Below, piece after piece: positions 59,940 through 64,000 of a DNA stretch of 64,000 nucleotides; within the stretch, counting starts at the first letter, position 1; each line of letters begins with the position of its first letter. Origin of the DNA: Acidobacteria bacterium bin61 (GTDB lineage: Bacteria > Acidobacteriota > Vicinamibacteria > Marinacidobacterales > SMYC01); contig CAUZCL010000018.1 in NCBI GenBank assembly GCA_963578475.1, positions 4,579 to 68,578 on the forward strand, written 5' to 3'. The notes beneath the pieces are model-generated. The model saw only the letters and a program-made list of their open reading frames with translations. It did not search any database and was not told the DNA's origin. The translations under genes were made by a program, and so were the position numbers.

Positions 59940-60997
59940 CGGCGTGAGCGCCTGAGGGCTCCGGCCTCACCGAGCCGTAGCTCGACATCTGGTTCGAGAC
60001 CGAGATCGGAGAATTCTTTCCGCTGGTACTTCGCATATCCGGCCGCCGCAATCATCGCTGCGTTGTCGGTCGAGAGCTCGAGGCTCGGGAAAATAGCGGG
60101 GATCTCGAGGCGGCGGCCGAGCTCGCCGAAGCTAACTCGAAGCTCGCGATTTGCCGCCACCCCGCCCGAGACGACTATGGCGCGCACGCGAAAGCGCTTG
60201 GCGGCTCTCTCAGCACGCATCAGGAGGGTCCTGACGACCGTTCGTTGAAACGCCGCGGCGAGGTCGCAAATATCCGCACGCTCGTTGGGCGCCTCGCCCT
60301 CACGGAGCCCCTCGATCGGACCTTTCTGAATGGCGCGCAAGACCGCGCTCTTCAACCCGCTAAAGCTGAAGTCCTCGCTCCCATCCGAGAACTTGGGCAC
60401 GGTGAAGCTGTGGGCGTTCGCGTCGCCGAGCGCTGCGAGGCGGTCCAGTATCGGTCCGCCCGGATAGCCGAGACCGAGCCGCTTGGCAACCTTGTCATAG
60501 GCTTCGCCCGCCGCATCGTCACGCGTCTTGCCGATGAGCTCGTAGCTCGACGCTTCCTTCATCAGAAACAAGCTCGTATGTCCGCCCGAGACGACGAGAG
60601 AAAGTGCGGGGTGCGGGACCGGCTCAGAGCTTTCGATATAGGCTGCTCGGATGTGGCCTTCGAGATGGTCCACCGCGAGAAGAGGCACATCGCGAGCGAA
60701 GGCGATCGATTTCGCGAACGAGAGCCCGACGAGGAGCGAGCCGATGAGCCCCGGGCCTTGGGTCACCGCCACTGCGTCGATCGCGTCGAGCGCGATCCCC
60801 GCTCGAGCGAGCGCGGTGTCGACGACTGGTCCGATCTGCGTCAGGTGCTGGCGCGAGGCTAGCTCGGGAACGACACCGCCATATGGGCGATGGATCTCGT
60901 CTTGCGACGCGACGACGTTCGAGAGAATCCGTCGACCATCCTCGACGACCGCGGCCGAGGTTTCGTCACAGGAGCTCTCAATGCCAAGAATGAGCAT
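59930..60997 (-). CDS. tsaD: tRNA N6-adenosine threonylcarbamoyltransferase
   Basis: MLILGIESSCDETSAAVV..., the metal-binding HxxxH region and a full-length Kae1/TsaD fold. Confidence 0.85.
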   Translation of the reverse strand: MLILGIESSCDETSAAVVEDGRRILSNVVASQDEIHRPYGGVVPELASRQHLTQIGPVVDTALARAGIALDAIDAVAVTQGPGLIGSLLVGLSFAKSIAFARDVPLLAVDHLEGHIRAAYIESSEPVPHPALSLVVSGGHTSLFLMKEASSYELIGKTRDDAAGEAYDKVAKRLGLGYPGGPILDRLAALGDANAHSFTVPKFSDGSEDFSFSGLKSAVLRAIQKGPIEGLREGEAPNERADICDLAAAFQRTVVRTLLMRAERAAKRFRVRAIVVSGGVAANRELRVSFGELGRRLEIPAIFPSLELSTDNAAMIAAAGYAKYQRKEFSDLGLEPDVELRLGEAGALRRSRRYL

Positions 60998-61017
60998 CTG
61001 GTCAGTCGAGTCGGGGC

Positions 61018-62094
61018 TCAGGCAGCCTGGTGACTCTTCGCGAGCGCTCTGAGCGATTCGTCATACGGAGCTTCCGCCACACCGTTCTCGCAAACGATCG
61101 CGGTGACGAGCCGTGACGGCGTCACGTCGAAAGCGGGATTCCGGATGCGCACGCCTTCGGGTGCTATGCGGACCCCTTGGATGTGGGTCACCTCGTCCGG
61201 CGATCGCTCTTCGATGGGGATCTCTTTGCCCGAGGCGATAGAAAGATCGAAGGTCGATGTCGGCGCTACCGCGTAGAAGGGAAGCCCGTGCTCTTTAGCC
61301 AAGACCGCGACGGAGTAGGTGCCAATCTTGTTGCATACGTCGCCATTCGAAGCGATCCGATCGGAGCCTGTGATCACCATGTCGATCTCGCCGAGCGCCA
61401 TGAAGTGGCCTGCCATGTTGTCAGTGATGAGCGTGACGGGAATGTTGTCCTGGACGAGCTCCCAGGCGGTGAGGCGCGCGCCTTGGAGAAACGGGCGGGT
61501 CTCGTTGGCGAAGACTTCGATCTTCTTCCCTGCCTCGACCGCGGCACGCATCACGCCGAGAGCGGTCCCATATCCGGCCGTGGCGAGGGCACCCGCATTG
61601 CAGTGGGTGAGGATACGCGTGCCATCCGGCACGAGCGCGGCCCCGTGCTCGCCCATTCGCCGGTTGATCTCGATATCCTCTGTCTGAATGGCCATCGCTT
61701 CCCGCTCCATCCCGGCGAGCACCGCTTCGACGCCGCTACTAACGAGCTCTTCGAAACGCTTTGTCATCCGATCGATGGCCCAGAACAAATTGACGGCGGT
61801 CGGTCGCGTGCCCGCCATCAAGGTCGATAGCGATTCCATCGATTGACGAAGACTCTCGGCGTCCTTTTTGCCGGACTGTTTCAGGCCGAGTGCGATCCCG
61901 AAGGCCGCGGTCACACCAATCGCCGGCGCGCCACGGACAACCATGTCTGTGATAGCCGCGGCCACGGCCTCGGCGTTGCGGCAGGAGAGATAGTCCTCCT
62001 TGAGCGGTAGATATCTCTGGTCGATGAGGGCGACGGCATCGCCGTCCCAGCGAATAGTTTCGAGCACAAATCCTCCCTGATCAGCATTCAGCAT
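61018..62094 (-). CDS. mtnA: S-methyl-5-thioribose-1-phosphate isomerase
   Basis: A full-length eIF2B-related MtnA ([12 protein letters not shown]..., ...[21 protein letters not shown]). The start codon is the first ATG of the heptad repeat cctgaATGctgaATGctg. Confidence 0.8.
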   Translation of the reverse strand: MLNADQGGFVLETIRWDGDAVALIDQRYLPLKEDYLSCRNAEAVAAAITDMVVRGAPAIGVTAAFGIALGLKQSGKKDAESLRQSMESLSTLMAGTRPTAVNLFWAIDRMTKRFEELVSSGVEAVLAGMEREAMAIQTEDIEINRRMGEHGAALVPDGTRILTHCNAGALATAGYGTALGVMRAAVEAGKKIEVFANETRPFLQGARLTAWELVQDNIPVTLITDNMAGHFMALGEIDMVITGSDRIASNGDVCNKIGTYSVAVLAKEHGLPFYAVAPTSTFDLSIASGKEIPIEERSPDEVTHIQGVRIAPEGVRIRNPAFDVTPSRLVTAIVCENGVAEAPYDESLRALAKSHQAA

Positions 62095-62099
62095 TCAGG
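62081..62099. repeat. Two tandem heptads (cagcattcagcattcagg) that overlap the mtnA start codon
   Basis: Direct reading of the sequence. It belongs to the same family as the repeats at 48116, 49521 and 40061. Confidence 0.7.
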
Positions 62100-62213
62100 A
62101 ATCCCAGTCTAACGGTCATCGCGTAGGAACTGCAACGGCGTGGTAGATTTTGTTCGGTCTTCGACGTGTTGCGACTCATTATTCTTTCTTTCATCAGTGC
62201 GGGGCTGTAGGCG

Positions 62214-63339
62214 TTGCTTGCGGTTCGCAGCGATGTGGAGCGGTCCGAGCTCTTCGAGCAGAATGTCGAGTTCTACGTCCTTTGGGTCGGGCTCTTCATC
62301 GTGTACGCCATGGCCATTCGCACGGCCGGCCGAAAGAACGACACTGCGGTCTATGTGGTTGTTTGTCTTACGGCCGCCGGTTTCAGAGCGACACAGTTTC
62401 TTGGCAGCGGGCTCGATCATTCCGATACAGCCGTATTTTTGCACGGCGCCTCGCCGTGGTCCGTGCTTTTCGACCACTTCGAGGCCTCGTTCGAGGCAAC
62501 AGTCTCGCGGCGACGGCTGCCGATTTGGGCTCGCTTCTGCTCGCGCCTTCCTTGCTGCGCGCCGCAGGCTTGCCAATCGGCGCTGCTCTCGTACACGGGT
62601 GGAACCCTTTCATCGTCAAAGAAGTGGCGGGGAGCGGGAGACTCGACGCGGTCGCGATTTTCTTCTTGATCGCGGCGCTCAGGCTCGCTCAGACGCCGCG
62701 GTTCCGGGGCGCCGCCGCGGTCGCCTACGGTGTCAGCCTCAACGGACCGCTTTTGCTCGCGGGGTCTCTCCCGCTCATGGGGCGGGCACTGCGCGGCTTT
62801 GTCGCACCGGCGCTCGTCATCGGTGTTTTGGGGTGGACGCTCACTTTCCCGGTTCCTGGTACATGCGCGCCGGGGGGCCGCCAGAAAATTCTCTGGGCGG
62901 AAGCCTCACGCCTGCGCTTCAGACATTGGCGGGACTCTTCTTGACCCGCCATCCGACGATAACGCTTCTCGCGACGCTTCTGCTTTGGCTCGTCTGGTCT
63001 CTTCGGAGGGCTACGCGGTCGCAGGACCCGAAGCGTTGGCCCCTAGAGACCCTGGTCGTGCTCGGCGGATTGATCTTCGTGATGCCTCAGGTTCTGCCAT
63101 GGGCGTTTCTCCTCGTCGGCACACTGGCGCCGTATTCGGAAAATCGAGGATGGCTCCTATTCACCGCCACTGCGCCAGTGACTTATCTGGCGTTCGGCGA
63201 CGGTGCGTTCGGATTTTGGCTAGGTTTTACTCAGTACTTCGCGGCTTACGCGGTACTGATCTTCTTCGGGCTCGGTCGCCCGCCGCGCGAGGCGGCGGGC
63301 GACGGGCCGACTAGGCGCCCCAGAGCACCAAAAAGATGA
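62214..63339 (+). pseudogene. Polytopic membrane glycosyltransferase (GT87 / DUF2029-like) with two or more frameshifts
   Basis: Three overlapping frames carry consecutive hydrophobic segments. Frame C (62214-~62470) has FYVLWVGLFIVYAMA. Frame B has LVHGWNPFIVKEVAGSGRLDAVAIFFLIAALRL, which matches the conserved 'WNPLVI...SGH-D' loop of DUF2029. Frame A (~62940-63339) has the C-terminal transmembrane bundle. Confidence 0.45.
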
Positions 63340-63658
63340 TGAAAGCAATGAGCAGCACGTAGATGACGAGCGACTCGATGAGAGCGAGACCGAGAATCAG
63401 TGCGAAGCGGATCTCGCCGGAAGCGCCTGGATTGCGAGAAATGCCGTCACAGGCGGCCGCGATGGCGCGACTCTGGGCGTAGGCTCCCGAGGCCGCGGCG
63501 ATTGCGAGCGCAAAAGCACCCGCGAACAGGGCGGCTTTGTACATTTCCGACGACCAGCCAGTTATCGGTTGGTGCCCCTGATCCTGAGCAAAGGCGGGTG
63601 CGGCCAATACAAAAAAGGCGACGGCTGAGAATGTCGCCAGCATAACTTTTCTAATCAC
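63311..63658 (-). CDS. atpE: F0F1 ATP synthase subunit c
   Basis: ISRNPGASGEIRFALILGLALIESLVIYVLLIAFII is the c-subunit hairpin with its carboxylate Glu. The ORF has a 38-aa signal-peptide-like N-terminal extension. The alternative start is M at 63544. Confidence 0.75.
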   Translation of the reverse strand: MIRKVMLATFSAVAFFVLAAPAFAQDQGHQPITGWSSEMYKAALFAGAFALAIAAASGAYAQSRAIAAACDGISRNPGASGEIRFALILGLALIESLVIYVLLIAFIIFLVLWGA

Positions 63659-63695
63659 CGGGTTTCCTCCTTGGGAAAGGGATCAAAACTCGAAC

Positions 63696-64000
63696 TTAGT
63701 GCTCCTCGGAAGCGACAGCGCCTTCGAGATAAACCATGGTCAGCATGATGAAAACGAAAGCCTGCAATACTCCTCCAAAAACACCGAAGAGCATCATGGG
63801 CACAGGAACAAGGAAAGCCACCATTATGCCGAGCGCGGCGATGACGAGCTCCTCACCAAAGATGTTGCCGAACAGACGTAGAGAGAGTGAAACGATACGG
63901 CTGAAATGGCTGATGATCTCGATCGGCAACATGAGGGGTGCAAGCACGGGAAGAGGTCCCAGGAAGTGCTTGAAATATTTCCCGGCGCCTTGAGCGCGGA
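63696..64000 (-). CDS. atpB: F0F1 ATP synthase subunit a, C-terminal part (the 5' end is beyond the window)
   Basis: ISLSLRLFGNIFGEELV... is the conserved a-subunit region that contains the essential Arg. Confidence 0.7.
   Translation of the reverse strand, partial: RAQGAGKYFKHFLGPLPVLAPLMLPIEIISHFSRIVSLSLRLFGNIFGEELVIAALGIMVAFLVPVPMMLFGVFGGVLQAFVFIMLTMVYLEGAVASEEH

Noticed and set aside
1-64000. Search for CRISPR arrays, rRNA genes and additional tRNAs
   Set aside because: No regularly spaced direct repeats with unique spacers were seen. No 16S/23S/5S signature stretches were seen. Only one cloverleaf, tRNA-Ala, was identified by eye. Other tRNAs cannot be excluded without a covariance-model scan.

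Overview
This 64 kb window is high-GC bacterial chromosome, roughly 65-68% GC with several lower-GC patches. Sequence features such as PEP-CTERM, MglA, sigma-54 signalling and a bTHX ribosomal protein are compatible with an Acidobacteria- or delta/Gemmatimonadetes-like genome, but the phylum is not resolved.

The conserved backbone genes all have intact reading frames:
- Metabolism and cofactors: metF, a DegT-family aminotransferase, pxpA with a fused pxpB-pxpC, ispG, a class-I aminotransferase, thiD, moaE-moaD and mtnA.
- Transcription, translation and membrane: lgt, argR, tsaD, bTHX and a partial ATP synthase atpE/atpB.
- Others: ggt, a PQQ beta-propeller protein, a metallophosphoesterase, and a sensor kinase with an NtrC-type sigma-54 activator and an MglA-like GTPase.
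- A DUF1998 helicase that is translationally coupled to a DnaQ-like exonuclease. This is an MrfA/MrfB-type pair.
- A ChlI-like AAA+ ATPase followed by a VWA protein.

Between these are several decayed accessory stretches:
- A lower-GC sugar-modification island at about 14.0-19.1 kb. It carries a methyltransferase, an epimerase and a GT2 glycosyltransferase fused to a Zn alcohol dehydrogenase, and it truncates an SPFH-like gene.
- A 5 kb run of pseudogenes at 19.1-24.1 kb: a KdsB-like fragment, an SDR, a TRAP binding protein, hyuB and hyuA.
- An IS256 transposase fragment and gene-fragment junkyard at 30.2-33.2 kb.
- A degraded island between lgt and a tRNA-Ala(GGC) gene at 36.3-39.3 kb. It contains a transposase C-terminal remnant, a GGT fragment, a PEP-CTERM fragment and a multiply frameshifted PPOX gene.

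At least 15 genes carry 1-bp frameshifts. These are concentrated in accessory genes while the long housekeeping genes are intact. That pattern argues for real gene decay rather than random sequencing error, although errors at homopolymer runs cannot be excluded.

The most unusual signal is a dispersed heptad-repeat element, (CATTCAG)n with reverse complement (CTGAATG)n. It occurs singly or as inverted pairs at four or more intergenic sites. In three genes the ATG of the repeat is the start codon.

No CRISPR array and no rRNA gene were found.
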